64,000 bases of DNA from an uncultured Desulfurococcaceae archaeon. GTDB taxonomy: Archaea; Thermoproteota; Thermoprotei_A; Sulfolobales; NBVN01. Numbering within the stretch: position 1 is the stretch's first letter; each line of letters opens with the position of its first letter. Positions 42,911 to 53,252 of this stretch are shown here, piece by piece. The notes under the pieces were generated by a model. The model ran no database searches. It had not been told where the DNA came from and was given only the letters and a program-made list of their open reading frames with translations. Both the position numbers and the translations under genes were made by a program. Location of the stretch: assembly GCA_964641155.1 (NCBI GenBank), contig CAZXJO010000006.1:38393-102392 (forward strand), written 5' to 3'.

Positions 42911-45061
42911 ATGTGCGAGCGCTCAGGTAATGAGGGCTGTTCAGGAAGGGGTGAGAGATCCTACGACGTGACGGTTGCTATAGTCGGCAATCCTAACGTC
43001 GGCAAATCGACGATGTTTAACATATTGACAGGGAAATCAGCACACGTCGCTAACTGGCCGGGAGTGACTGTAGAAACTAAGGAAGGGCTTAAAGAATGGG
43101 GCGGGCTTAGGATAAGATTCGTAGACCTCCCCGGCATCTACGGCTTAAGCGCCCTGTCGTTGGAGGAGGTCGTCAGTAGGGAGTACATAGTTGAGGGTGA
43201 TGCGGACCTGGTAATCGGGTTGGTCGACGCCACAGCACCTGAAAGGTCGCTATACCTCCCAATACAACTCCTCGAGCTAACGCCGAAAGTCGTCATAGCA
43301 CTCACTAAGATCGATGAGATGGACAGATTAGGTATTCACATACATTACGATAAGCTGGAGTCCCTGTTAGGAGTCCCTGTGATCCCGACATCAGCCATTC
43401 AAATGAAGGGTATTAGAGAGTTACTCCACGCCGTAGTGGAAATGCATAGCGGTAGGAGGCGCGGTAGGCTGTTGAACATCGACTACGGGAGCCTGGAACC
43501 TTTCATAGCCGAAGTCTCCAAGGTCATTTCGAAGTCGGAGGTACTTAGGAAATACCCCCCTCGTTGGGCGGCTATAAAGCTGTTAGAGGGTGATAGAAGG
43601 CTTGAAGACCTACTACTATCCAGTAATGAGCTGGAAATATACAATAAGGTCCAGGAGGTAAGAGAGTCACTGAGACGTAGCATTGGGAGGGACCCCTCCG
43701 AACTAATCATAAATACTAGGTTCGAGTTCGTGAACAACATAACGAAGGAGGTTGTCGTAAGGGTCGAGGGAGGAGGACGTAGGGAGTTAGTTGACCAAAT
43801 ATTCAGCAAGCCCCTCCTAGGCATGCTATCAAGTATAGCCATCCTGTTCACCTCGCTCTTCTTAGTTTTCTCAATCAATATGGGATTCCCATTAAACATC
43901 ATATTGAGGTATTTGGGGCTGCACCAACAGGCTGAGGCGATTGAGGCATACAGCCTGAACAGAGTTGTTAGCAGGTTGTTTGACATGCTCTCAGCGTGGG
44001 TTAAGGAGACGTTGGAGGGGTATAGCCCGTTAATAGCTTCCTTAGTAGGTGATGGTGTGGTTGTTGGTTTAGGGGCCGTGATCTCGTTCCTCCCACTAAT
44101 ATTCATGGTATTCTTAATGCTTGCAGTGCTTGAGGACAGTGGGTTAGCGCCTAGGATAGCTGTAAGCTTCCACAACGTCTTCAGTAGGTTCGGGTACTCG
44201 GGCAGTGCTATATACCCATTAATTGTTGGTATGGGCTGTAACGTCCCCGCAGTCCTCGCGAGCAGGACATCGGTGGATGAGTCAGAGAGGTTTCAGATGA
44301 TCCTCTCCGCCCCCTTCATCCCGTGCCAGGCTAGGTTAATCGTCGTATCAGCGTTAGTCACAGCCTACTTCAAGACACCACTACTCCAAGCACTTGCATT
44401 CATCTCAATGTACTTTGCCGGAGTTGCTATGTATCTACTCACCGGGTTGGTGCTGAGGAAGGCTGTCTTCAAGGTCAAGGAGAACCCTGAACTGATCCTT
44501 GAACTGCCGTTAATGCATATTCCTAAGTTAAGGGTTGTCTGGTGGATTGCTTGGGACTACACGAAGCACTTCCTAAGGAAGGCGGGCGTGATACTGTTCT
44601 CGTTAAGCATTGTCGTCTGGGCACTGATCAACTTAGGACCCAGCGGGGTTGTTGGGGACATCAGCGAGAGCTTCGTAGCCCTCATCGGGGGTGTAGTAGC
44701 GCATGCGTTGAAGCCCTTCGACTTAGAGGGTGGGAATGCTTGGGTAGTGGCCTTCGCATTAACTCAAGGCTTCATAGCTAAGGAGTCCATAATCGGGACC
44801 CTAGCACTGATACAGGGAACTGCTGACGTCGGTGAGGCCGTGAGGTCTTTAGGCCTGACAGTACCTCAGGCATATGTGTTAATACTCTTCATAACCCTCT
44901 ACGTCCCCTGCCTAGCAACCGTAGCCGTGATACTCCAAGAAAGTAAGAGCTTAAGGCTGACGGTAATGCAGGTTCTTTACATGACCTCAACCGCCTACTT
45001 AATCAGCCTCCTAACCTACCACATACTTAAGATTTTGGCATGGGTGGTTGGGGTTGCGTGA
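42911..45061 (+). CDS. feoB: Ferrous iron transporter FeoB
   Basis: N-terminal G domain VAIVGNPNVGKSTMFN...DLPGIY...TKID, followed by a polytopic membrane domain. ATG 42911 is preferred over TTG 42899. Confidence 0.95.
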   Translation: MCERSGNEGCSGRGERSYDVTVAIVGNPNVGKSTMFNILTGKSAHVANWPGVTVETKEGLKEWGGLRIRFVDLPGIYGLSALSLEEVVSREYIVEGDADLVIGLVDATAPERSLYLPIQLLELTPKVVIALTKIDEMDRLGIHIHYDKLESLLGVPVIPTSAIQMKGIRELLHAVVEMHSGRRRGRLLNIDYGSLEPFIAEVSKVISKSEVLRKYPPRWAAIKLLEGDRRLEDLLLSSNELEIYNKVQEVRESLRRSIGRDPSELIINTRFEFVNNITKEVVVRVEGGGRRELVDQIFSKPLLGMLSSIAILFTSLFLVFSINMGFPLNIILRYLGLHQQAEAIEAYSLNRVVSRLFDMLSAWVKETLEGYSPLIASLVGDGVVVGLGAVISFLPLIFMVFLMLAVLEDSGLAPRIAVSFHNVFSRFGYSGSAIYPLIVGMGCNVPAVLASRTSVDESERFQMILSAPFIPCQARLIVVSALVTAYFKTPLLQALAFISMYFAGVAMYLLTGLVLRKAVFKVKENPELILELPLMHIPKLRVVWWIAWDYTKHFLRKAGVILFSLSIVVWALINLGPSGVVGDISESFVALIGGVVAHALKPFDLEGGNAWVVAFALTQGFIAKESIIGTLALIQGTADVGEAVRSLGLTVPQAYVLILFITLYVPCLATVAVILQESKSLRLTVMQVLYMTSTAYLISLLTYHILKILAWVVGVA

Positions 45062-45317
45062 AAACGTGGTTGACGAACTGATAAATTTCTTAAATGGTAA
45101 GGGGTGCGCCACTGCAAGCGAAATTGCTCGTAACCTAGGCATGAGTTTACGAGAAGTCAACACCTTGCTGGGAGTTTTAATTGGTGAGGGTGTTGTCGAG
45201 GAGGTGGACCTCACGTCTAGGTGTAGGTCATGCCCGCTCAGCGGTTCATGCGGTATTAGGGACAGGTATGGGACGTTAAAAGCATTTAAGTTAAGGAGTA
45301 ATAAGCTAGTGAAGTGA
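45048..45317 (+). CDS. feoC: FeoC-like winged-helix protein with Cys cluster
   Basis: wHTH (ATASEIARNLGMSLREVNTLLGVLIGEGVV) followed by CRSCPLSGSC, as in FeoC. Overlaps the feoB end by 14 nt. Confidence 0.6.
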   Translation: MGLRENVVDELINFLNGKGCATASEIARNLGMSLREVNTLLGVLIGEGVVEEVDLTSRCRSCPLSGSCGIRDRYGTLKAFKLRSNKLVK

Positions 45318-45415
45318 TGAATAATTCGTGAATGATCAGTGATTAAGGACTCGAATGCTGATAGAAGTTCTAGCCGAATCCACCCAGGCAGTGGATTTTA
45401 TCATCTGGCAGGGAC

Positions 45416-46162
45416 TCAGTAATCAGGCCCTCCGCCATTGATGATTAGGTGAATTACGTCGCCGGAGTACACCTTAACGACCCCTCCATCAGTCCTCACA
45501 ATTAACGCACCGTCTAGGTCTATATCCGAAGCTAAGCCCTCAACAACGTCTTCGGACGTGATCACCTTCACCCTCCTACCTATTGTCGCACTGAGCGCCT
45601 TCCACCTGCCGATGATCTCCTCAACACGCCCAGCTAACATCGATGAGTACCCCACGTCAAGACCCCTCAAAAATTGATTAAGTAGCGGTCCCATGGGTAC
45701 GTGGAAGCCCAAGTACTCCTTGAGCGATATTGCTATGTCCTTAAGCTCCCCACGTAACTCGTTGTTCACGTTAACGCCGACTCCTAGGAGCACGTAGTCC
45801 ACTACGTTGCCAGCGATCCTGGCCTCGGATAGGATGCCGCATAACTTCCTACCATCAAGTAGTACATCGTTCGGCCACTTCAGGCTTAAAGGCACGTCAT
45901 ACAACTTATTAATGCCCTCAACCACGGACAGACCTGCGATGAGGTTGATGAGTTGGAGGCTTACATGAGCTTTAGGCCTCAGGATGATCGTCATCCAGAG
46001 GCCACCTTCATCAGCCACCCACCTCCTCCCCAACCTACCCCTACCGGCAGTCATTCTATCAGCAATGACCACAGTGCCCTCATCCCAACCCCTCTCAGCT
46101 AATTCCCTGGCCAGGTCCTGGGTTGAGGCGCATTCCCTCACACTGTAAATCCTGAACATCAT
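45416..46162 (-). CDS. birA: Biotin--protein ligase (no N-terminal HTH)
   Basis: The GRGRLGRRW biotin-binding loop, and KWPNDVLLDGRKLCGIL. Confidence 0.9.
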   Translation of the reverse strand: MMFRIYSVRECASTQDLARELAERGWDEGTVVIADRMTAGRGRLGRRWVADEGGLWMTIILRPKAHVSLQLINLIAGLSVVEGINKLYDVPLSLKWPNDVLLDGRKLCGILSEARIAGNVVDYVLLGVGVNVNNELRGELKDIAISLKEYLGFHVPMGPLLNQFLRGLDVGYSSMLAGRVEEIIGRWKALSATIGRRVKVITSEDVVEGLASDIDLDGALIVRTDGGVVKVYSGDVIHLIINGGGPDY

Positions 46163-46276
46163 ATCAATTAGTAATCCCCAGCCGTCATTAAAGCTTTTAA
46201 CTTAGAACAGAACCAGACTTTAACGCTGACCAAGTAAGGATCAGCATGGAGAACATCAAGCGGGTTGTGATGGAGA

Positions 46277-47464
46277 TTGCCTGAAACCGATCCAGGCATG
46301 TATAAGTGGTTGGTTCTCGCGGCCATTGTTGTAGCCTTCATGATTGTCGCAGCATCACAGCTAGCGTCGGTCTCACCTTCCATACCTGTGTTCATGGATG
46401 TCTTCAGCATAAACGCCACTCTCGCGGGCTTACTTACTTCGGTCTGGGCGTTGGCGAGGATCATCATATCCTTACCAGCCGGTACAATAGCCACTAAATT
46501 CGGAGGGAAGGCATCGTACTTCTTCGGGATCGCGGCGTCGACCGTTGGTTGGGCCATAGCAGTACTAGCACCGAATTACCCCACACTCCTAGCCGGTAGG
46601 TTCGTCATGGGTTTCGGGGCTGGGACAATGAGCGTTGCGGGCCCCATCATAATATCAGAGTGGTTCCCGAGAAGCAGGTTAGGCACTGCCATGGGATTGT
46701 GGGCGGTGGCGATGCCTTTGGGTGTCGTATGGGAACTTCCGTTAATGGCTTGGCTTATTTCGACTACTGGTTGGAGGCAGGCTTATGTCCTGTTCCTATT
46801 GCTCTCACTAGCCATCACCGCACCCCTCGTAATGGTGTTGAGGAAGCCCCCACCCCACCCCCTCAAGACGGAATCGCAGAGATCGCTGCCGAAAATGTCC
46901 GAGATTCTGAGGAACCGCCCCTTCATAGCGGCTTGCTTAGCCATATTTTTCGGGCTCGGATTGTGGAGCATACATTCAACGTACATCGTGAAATGGTGTA
47001 TGGTGAAAGGGTATGAGTACATGGTGGCGTCACTACTCGCGACAACGCTCAACATGGGGTGTATCATATCCCAGGTGGGTACTGGGTATGTCTCAGATAA
47101 GTTGCTGGGCGGTCGCCAGAAACCGTTATTCCTAGTGGGTGTTGCGGTAAGCTCCTCGATGACCGTTCTCCTCCCACACACCGCTTCAGAACTAACCACC
47201 TTACTAGCCGCAATACTTATTGGTGTTGGTGTCGCCCCGGTGACGGTGGCGATGTTCGCGATACCGATTAGGATCGCTAAACCTGAGGAAAGAGGTATTG
47301 CGATGGGGTTTACTGGGATGTTCATGTATGCCTCCTACATGCTGACGTTGTTGGCCGGTTACATGTTCGACGTCCACGGATTGGCTGCAGCATGCATCAT
47401 CACCGGTGCCGTAGGCCTCCTCAGCGCTACCATGATGGCTCTCGGCGTTAAAGTAAAAGTTTGA
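46277..47464 (+). CDS. MFS transporter
   Basis: 395 aa, 12 TM, with G(R)FVMGFGAG and an MFS-like loop. Confidence 0.8.
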   Translation: MPETDPGMYKWLVLAAIVVAFMIVAASQLASVSPSIPVFMDVFSINATLAGLLTSVWALARIIISLPAGTIATKFGGKASYFFGIAASTVGWAIAVLAPNYPTLLAGRFVMGFGAGTMSVAGPIIISEWFPRSRLGTAMGLWAVAMPLGVVWELPLMAWLISTTGWRQAYVLFLLLSLAITAPLVMVLRKPPPHPLKTESQRSLPKMSEILRNRPFIAACLAIFFGLGLWSIHSTYIVKWCMVKGYEYMVASLLATTLNMGCIISQVGTGYVSDKLLGGRQKPLFLVGVAVSSSMTVLLPHTASELTTLLAAILIGVGVAPVTVAMFAIPIRIAKPEERGIAMGFTGMFMYASYMLTLLAGYMFDVHGLAAACIITGAVGLLSATMMALGVKVKV

Positions 47465-47595
47465 CTCAGTAGTAATGGTCTAAGTGAAGAAACCCTAGGA
47501 AACGCCCACCTTACCCGCAATTACTATAAGCAAACTGTTCAAGTACTTCAAAAATTTTTAAACCTTAAACGGACGTGGTTAGGGAGGTATTCCGA

Positions 47596-48924
47596 ATGGT
47601 TAAGAGGGTCATAATAGCGGGGGCGGGTGGTAGGGACTTCCATAACTTCTTAGTATACTTCAGGGACAACCCCGACTATGAAGTAGTGGCATTCACAGCC
47701 ACACAAATACCTGGAATAGAAAGGAGGAGGTTCCCACCGGAGCTGGCAGGGCCCAGATATCCTTTAGGAATCCCTATCTACCCCGAATCCGAGCTGGGTA
47801 GGCTTATCAAGGAATTCAACGTTGATGAGGTAGTCCTCTCATACAGCGACCTGTCATACGGGACAGTAGGTAGGTTGGCCTCAACCGTCCTTGCAGCAGG
47901 CGCGTCCTTCAGACTATTCTCACCACGTGAAACGTTTCTGAAATCCTACAAGCCAGTCATCGCTGTTACAGCTGTAAGGACTGGGGCTGGTAAGTCAACG
48001 GTTTCCAGAGCTGTAGTTAGGGAGCTTATGAGGAGGGGTTTGAAGGTAGTTCCAATAAGGCATCCGATGGCGTACGGAGACCTCCTGAAGTCAGCGGTCC
48101 AGGTATTTGTCACTGAGGAGGACTTCATTAAGCACGGAATAACTATCGAGGAGAGGGAGGAGTACGAACAGTACATCAGATTAGGCATACCTGTCCTAGC
48201 CGGCGTTGACTATGGGAGAATACTTTTAGAGGCTGAGAAGATGGGTGATGTAATTCTCTGGGACGGAGGGAATAACGACACACCCTTCATAAAGTTCGAC
48301 TACATGGTCACCGTCGCAGACGCCATGAGGCCGGGTCAGGAAGTTGGCTCATACCCAGGTGAGGTTAACGTTAGGCTGGCTAATGCAGTCATAGTGAATA
48401 AGGCGTCCAGGGTGAGTAGAACCAACGTGGAGAAGATAATATCGAACGTTAGGGACATCAATCCTGACGCAGAAATAGTGGTCGCGGACATGGATGTAGT
48501 AGTGGACAATCCGGAGCACATCAGAGGTAAGAGGGTGGCAGTTATAGAGGACTCACCTTCAGTCACACACGGAGAACTACCCTACGGGGCTGGTTACGTA
48601 GCAGCTGAGAAATACGGGGCTGCAGAAATAGTTGACCCTAAGCCCTACGCTGTAGGTATCATTAAGGCTATGATTGAGAAGTACAGCCACATGCGGAACG
48701 TCATACCGTCAACGGGTTACTCACCTGAACAGGTAAGGGACTTAAACGAAACCCTTTCAAGGATGGATGCGGACTCAGTGATACTTGGGACCCCGGCTGA
48801 TATTACGAAGCTCCTCACCGTGAAGGTACCAGTAGTTAAAGTGTCTTGGGAGTTAAAGGTATTGGAAGGACGTTCGATAAGCGAGCTAGTGGATGAGTTC
48901 CTCTCCCGCACAACTAAGCAATAA
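47596..48924 (+). CDS. COG2403-like P-loop protein (cyclic 2,3-diphosphoglycerate synthetase-related / predicted GTPase)
   Basis: N-terminal Rossmann-like VIIAGAGGRDFHNF and Walker A AVRTGAGKST. About 440 aa. Family assignment is from memory, so uncertain. Confidence 0.45.
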   Translation: MVKRVIIAGAGGRDFHNFLVYFRDNPDYEVVAFTATQIPGIERRRFPPELAGPRYPLGIPIYPESELGRLIKEFNVDEVVLSYSDLSYGTVGRLASTVLAAGASFRLFSPRETFLKSYKPVIAVTAVRTGAGKSTVSRAVVRELMRRGLKVVPIRHPMAYGDLLKSAVQVFVTEEDFIKHGITIEEREEYEQYIRLGIPVLAGVDYGRILLEAEKMGDVILWDGGNNDTPFIKFDYMVTVADAMRPGQEVGSYPGEVNVRLANAVIVNKASRVSRTNVEKIISNVRDINPDAEIVVADMDVVVDNPEHIRGKRVAVIEDSPSVTHGELPYGAGYVAAEKYGAAEIVDPKPYAVGIIKAMIEKYSHMRNVIPSTGYSPEQVRDLNETLSRMDADSVILGTPADITKLLTVKVPVVKVSWELKVLEGRSISELVDEFLSRTTKQ

Positions 48925-48959
48925 CACATAGCAATTGTTTGAAGAAGTCTCAGCCATCA

Positions 48960-49022
48960 AGACTCAGACTTTTTAAACTGAAACCAATCATCGTTTTCAG
49001 ACCTTCCACACTTCATCATTCC
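48960..49022 (-). ncRNA. Weak candidate C/D box sRNA
   Basis: The minus strand reads ATGATGA (C; 49019-49013) - AGTGTGGAAGGT (12 nt) - CTGA (D'; 49000-48997) - AAACG - ATGATTG (C'-like). A 17-nt stretch then precedes CTGA (48967-48964), so the second guide spacing is non-canonical. Confidence 0.3.
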
Positions 49023-49114
49023 ATTTACTGCATTGGCGCAGCCCCTTATAAGTTACTCCCCGGTCGCAGACCGTTATGAACATAATTTAAGGTACTAAAT
49101 AATCGACTGACACA

Positions 49115-49975
49115 CTACAGCACTGATGTGACGAGTCCTGCGAAGATCATTAAAGCCCCTATAACGTTGTTGACGGTGGGTCTTTCCTTACTTATTACTT
49201 TAACCGTTATTTGGGAAATTACCGGCGTTAGCGCCGTCGCTATCGTCGCTACCGAAACACCTACCACGTTTATTACGTGGGTGAAGATGTAGAGGCCTAA
49301 CCCCCAACCAAGCACGCCGTTAATTGCGGACGCGTACACCATTTCTTTAGTGTTCTTCCTCACATATCTGCGGTCCACGACGATGCTAGCTGGCAGGAAC
49401 GCCGCGGCTACAAAAGCTATCCTGATGGTAATAAACGTGAGCGGGTCAACATCTATTAACGCAACCTTAATCAACGTTATGGCAGTCGCCCAAGATAGGG
49501 AGGCCACCGAAGAATACACTATGCCCGAAAAGGTGACCCCCTTCCTCAACTCCCTACCCCTTGTAGCAATAATTATTCCTAGGAACGCCATGGTAGACCC
49601 TAAGACGAGTGTAATCTTCATGAGTTCTCCGAGGAAGAACACAGCCAAGGCCTGAGCAACGAATATGTAGGTGTAGCTCAGAATTACCGCCGGGGAGCCA
49701 CCGATAAGTTGGATGGCCTTAGCATATGATGTGTCTCCGAGTCCTGGACCCAGCATTGCCGATACGAAGGTGATTAAAAGGCATTGAGGGCCGGGCGCCT
49801 CAAACCTAACACCTAGGAGGTATGATGAGGGCAGTAACACGGAAAGAGCTGCAATAGCTCTAAGTAAAGTGTACGTAATAGGTTTGATGTTGGCTCTAAA
49901 CCTTGACACAACAGCTGGTTCGAGGCTCCATATAGTCGAGGCTAAGATCATTGCCAAGTACTCTACTTTAACCAC
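49115..49975 (-). CDS. EamA/DMT-family transporter
   Basis: 286 aa, 10 TM in two EamA-like halves. Confidence 0.8.
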   Translation of the reverse strand: MVKVEYLAMILASTIWSLEPAVVSRFRANIKPITYTLLRAIAALSVLLPSSYLLGVRFEAPGPQCLLITFVSAMLGPGLGDTSYAKAIQLIGGSPAVILSYTYIFVAQALAVFFLGELMKITLVLGSTMAFLGIIIATRGRELRKGVTFSGIVYSSVASLSWATAITLIKVALIDVDPLTFITIRIAFVAAAFLPASIVVDRRYVRKNTKEMVYASAINGVLGWGLGLYIFTHVINVVGVSVATIATALTPVISQITVKVISKERPTVNNVIGALMIFAGLVTSVL

Positions 49976-50246
49976 CTTTTACACCGCATTCTCGGACAAA
50001 AAAACTTTGAGCATCACGACCGTCCAGATACGTGTTACATGTAGCTCCGGCCCCACTACCCCGGACACCTCCTCACAGCCCCGGGTGCATGTCTTCGATA
50101 AGTCCCACACCTCGGTTGTGAGGTCCCCAAACCACGTGCGCTGTTGAAAACGTAAGCCGGAGGTAAAACCAGGGAGGTGTGTGCGGTGAACGCAGCTAAC
50201 GTCCCCGTAGATACGTTTTTAACTGTAGTACCTGAGATAGTCAACG

Positions 50247-50606
50247 GTGCTATCTACGAGTTTAGAAGGTAGGGATATTAGCGAGGATGAGAGGATTTGG
50301 GGGTTCGTAGGCTGGCTTGCCTCAATAGTCGGGGCAATAGTTGTCCTTATACTTAAGCCTGAATACAGGTATGCGAAGTACTGGGCCTACCTCTCAATAT
50401 CCTTCTTCGTGATAATCATGGTTTCAGGAGTGGTTGTCGGGATTCTGAGCTTCATACCTCTGCTCGGTTGGTTCATAGGGGCACTCGTCCAGCTCTCATT
50501 ACTGATTACGTGGGTTTTAGGGCTGCTTAAGTCGTTCTCGAAAGTGTTTTGGAAGCCACCCGTAATATACGACCTCGCTAAGATGTTTGGAATAGAGAGA
50601 ATTTAA
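50247..50606 (+). CDS. Small integral membrane protein (DUF4870-like)
   Basis: 119 aa with three hydrophobic helices. N-terminal ERIWGFVGWLASIVG...KPEYRYAKYWAY resembles DUF4870. The TATA-like TTTTTAAC at about 50214 fits a leaderless GTG start. Confidence 0.45.
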   Translation: MLSTSLEGRDISEDERIWGFVGWLASIVGAIVVLILKPEYRYAKYWAYLSISFFVIIMVSGVVVGILSFIPLLGWFIGALVQLSLLITWVLGLLKSFSKVFWKPPVIYDLAKMFGIERI

Positions 50607-50628
50607 TAACCCACCCTAAAAATCGTAT

Positions 50629-51714
50629 TTGCTGAAACTGCTAAATGCTAATAAAGTTGTTAACGTGAATTCTCCAGGGTTGGGGCTGGGTATTAAGGGC
50701 AACGAGGAGTTAGGGTATTGGGTTGGTGAGCTACCTAAAGGATGTAAGTTATGTTTCAAGGGCTCTAAGTCCGTACTGTTCATAACTGGTTTATGTAGCG
50801 AGAAGTGCTTCTACTGCCCTATTTCCGTAAGTAGGAAGTCAAGGGATGTGATATTCATTAATGACGTTGAGGTGAGGGACTGGCGTGACGTCTGGAGGGA
50901 AGTTGCTGGAACGCTTTCCGAAGGTGTGGGGATAACTGGAGGCGACCCTTTAGAGGTCACAGCCAGGGTAGTCGGCGTAATTAAGTCCGTGAAGGAGGTC
51001 TTCGGGGACAAGTTCCACGTACATCTATACACAAGCGGCTCTAAACTGGATGCAAGCACTCTCAGCATGCTTGAAAGAGCCGGACTGGATGAGCTAAGGA
51101 TACACATAACATCACATAGGTCCTTAGAGGTCGTTAAGGTAGCTCTTAGAAGCTCTTTAGACGTGGTCGTTGAAAATCCCGTACTCCCCGGCCAAACAAC
51201 CAATTTATTGGAGTTAATTGTGAAGCTTGACGAGATGGGTGTGAAGTACGTAAACCTTAACGAGCTTGAAGTAAGTGAGTCAAACCTAGAGTTATTCCTC
51301 ATTAGGGGGTTTAAAATAAACCCCGACGGAAGGTCTGTTACAGGTTCAAGAGAGGTGGCAATGGAAGTTATTAAGAGGGTTAATGACTTAGGCCTAAGCA
51401 TATCACTCCACTTCTGTCCTGCCACCTACAAGGATTTGCATCAATATAGTAGGAGGCTGATGAGGAGGGGTATGGCGACCAAGAGGGTTTTCGAAGAATT
51501 AGGTAACGGCTTAGTCAAGTGGCTGGAAGTAGGGCTTAAGGATGGGGGGAGGGTTATGAAGGACCTGTGGCTTAAGGACCTAGCAGTTAGGTCTTCTGAC
51601 AAGTACATGACCCACCATAGATTCGCCAACCTGGCGGTGAAGGGCAAGATCGTTGAAGCACTGCCAGTAACGCCTAGGAAAATACTAAATGAAACACATG
51701 TGAACACTTTGTGA
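50629..51714 (+). CDS. Radical SAM protein (PflA-related, COG2108-like)
   Basis: CSEKCFYCP CxxxCxxC motif near the N-terminus, and GGDPL. 361 aa. Confidence 0.75.
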   Translation: MLKLLNANKVVNVNSPGLGLGIKGNEELGYWVGELPKGCKLCFKGSKSVLFITGLCSEKCFYCPISVSRKSRDVIFINDVEVRDWRDVWREVAGTLSEGVGITGGDPLEVTARVVGVIKSVKEVFGDKFHVHLYTSGSKLDASTLSMLERAGLDELRIHITSHRSLEVVKVALRSSLDVVVENPVLPGQTTNLLELIVKLDEMGVKYVNLNELEVSESNLELFLIRGFKINPDGRSVTGSREVAMEVIKRVNDLGLSISLHFCPATYKDLHQYSRRLMRRGMATKRVFEELGNGLVKWLEVGLKDGGRVMKDLWLKDLAVRSSDKYMTHHRFANLAVKGKIVEALPVTPRKILNETHVNTL

Positions 51715-51822
51715 GCCTCTAAGTATTAGTTGGAATCTCATCAATCTCCGAGATGAGGAAGTGGTGAAAGCCTCACATTAAGCTTAATACTCCCCGGCCT
51801 AATCAGATATGGGTTGATGTGA

Positions 51823-53199
51823 TTGGATGAGCAGGGCATTAAGGAGAAGGTTTCAGCATTCCTTAAAAGGAACTACGATGAATATGTTTCACTCCTCAAA
51901 GAGTTGGTGTCGTATAGATCCGTGGCTTCGTGGGGCTTAGATGGTGTGAGGGACTGCGCTGACTACTTGTCGGAGTTGTTGAGGAGTAGAGGGTTTAAGG
52001 TTTCGGTCAAATGTGGGGGTGGGGCCCCCGTAATCTTCGGTGAGTTAGGTTCCGGCAGTAAAACTATTCTCATGTACAATCACTACGACGTGCAACCACC
52101 TGATCCCCTAGAGCTTTGGGCCTCCGACCCCTTCAAACTTGAGTTGAAGGGTGACCTACTCGTCGGTCGAGGTGTTGGTGATAATAAAGGGAACATAATC
52201 GCTAGGTTAGCCGCTGTTGACTCCCTATCAGATTATTTGGACCTCTTAGACCTCCGCATTAAATTCTTGTTTGAGGGTGAGGAGGAAGTAGGGTCCCCCA
52301 CACTCGCTGATATAGTTAGAGAGAACTTGAGCTGGGTTAAGGCTGATGGGGGTATTTGGGAAACAGCCTACGTTGGCAGAGATGGGAGGTTGGAAATCTC
52401 ACTTGGGTTTAAAGGAATTCTCTACTTAGAACTACTTTTGAAAGGGGCTAACAGAGATGTACACAGCGGATATGCCCCACTAATACCAAATCCTGTCTGG
52501 AGGATGGCTAAACTACTGACACATATGAAGTCCGAGGACGGGTCCGTACTCGTTCCCGGCTTCTACGAGGATGTAGACCCCGAGTTCCTCTCCAGCGCCG
52601 AGGAACTCATCAAGCAGATCGACTACCGGGAACTGGAGAAGATGGCAGGTGAGTTAGGGCTTAAGGGGTTTGTCAGGGGGTTGAGGGGGGTTGAAGCGTT
52701 GAGGGAACTCTACACGAAACCATCACTGAACGTTTCAGGTCTCTACTCCGGTTACACCGGTAAGGGGAGTAAGACCATAGTGCCCTCAGTAGCTGGGGTG
52801 AAGATCGACATAAGGCCTGTCCCAGGGCAGAACCCCGAAAAGATATTAAACAACATCAAGCAGTACCTCAGAGACCTAGGCTACCATGATGTGGAGGTAT
52901 TAGTAGAGAGCATGTACCCAGCGGGTTACACCAAACCGAGCGAGGAGATAGTTAAAGCCTCAGTCAAAGCTGCGAGGGAAGCGTACGGCTTAGACCCCCG
53001 ATTGACCCCCATCTCAGGCGGCTCAGGCCCCATCTACCTGTTCACAAACGTCGCTGCAATTCCAACGACTGGTGCGGGGGTAGGCTACTACGATTCAAGG
53101 GTGCATGCACCTAACGAGAACATAAGAAGAGAGGACTTCTTAAACGGCATGAAGCACGTTGCCCTGACGTTAATCAACTTCCGGAGTAGCACAAGTTAA
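51823..53199 (+). CDS. M20-family metallopeptidase (dipeptidase/ArgE/DapE-like)
   Basis: NHYDVQP, GRGVGDNKG and EGEEEVGS are metal-ligand motifs of peptidase family M20. Confidence 0.85.
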   Translation: MDEQGIKEKVSAFLKRNYDEYVSLLKELVSYRSVASWGLDGVRDCADYLSELLRSRGFKVSVKCGGGAPVIFGELGSGSKTILMYNHYDVQPPDPLELWASDPFKLELKGDLLVGRGVGDNKGNIIARLAAVDSLSDYLDLLDLRIKFLFEGEEEVGSPTLADIVRENLSWVKADGGIWETAYVGRDGRLEISLGFKGILYLELLLKGANRDVHSGYAPLIPNPVWRMAKLLTHMKSEDGSVLVPGFYEDVDPEFLSSAEELIKQIDYRELEKMAGELGLKGFVRGLRGVEALRELYTKPSLNVSGLYSGYTGKGSKTIVPSVAGVKIDIRPVPGQNPEKILNNIKQYLRDLGYHDVEVLVESMYPAGYTKPSEEIVKASVKAAREAYGLDPRLTPISGGSGPIYLFTNVAAIPTTGAGVGYYDSRVHAPNENIRREDFLNGMKHVALTLINFRSSTS

Positions 53200-53252
53200 C
53201 TACAATACCTTTAAACCCGGCCTCCTGAAAGGAAATAACTTAGGGTTGAGGA

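Noticed and set aside
46168-46557. 129-aa minus-strand ORF between birA and the MFS gene
   Set aside because: It is mostly antisense to the well-supported MFS transporter N-terminus. It has no recognisable motif and would overlap that gene by about 280 nt.
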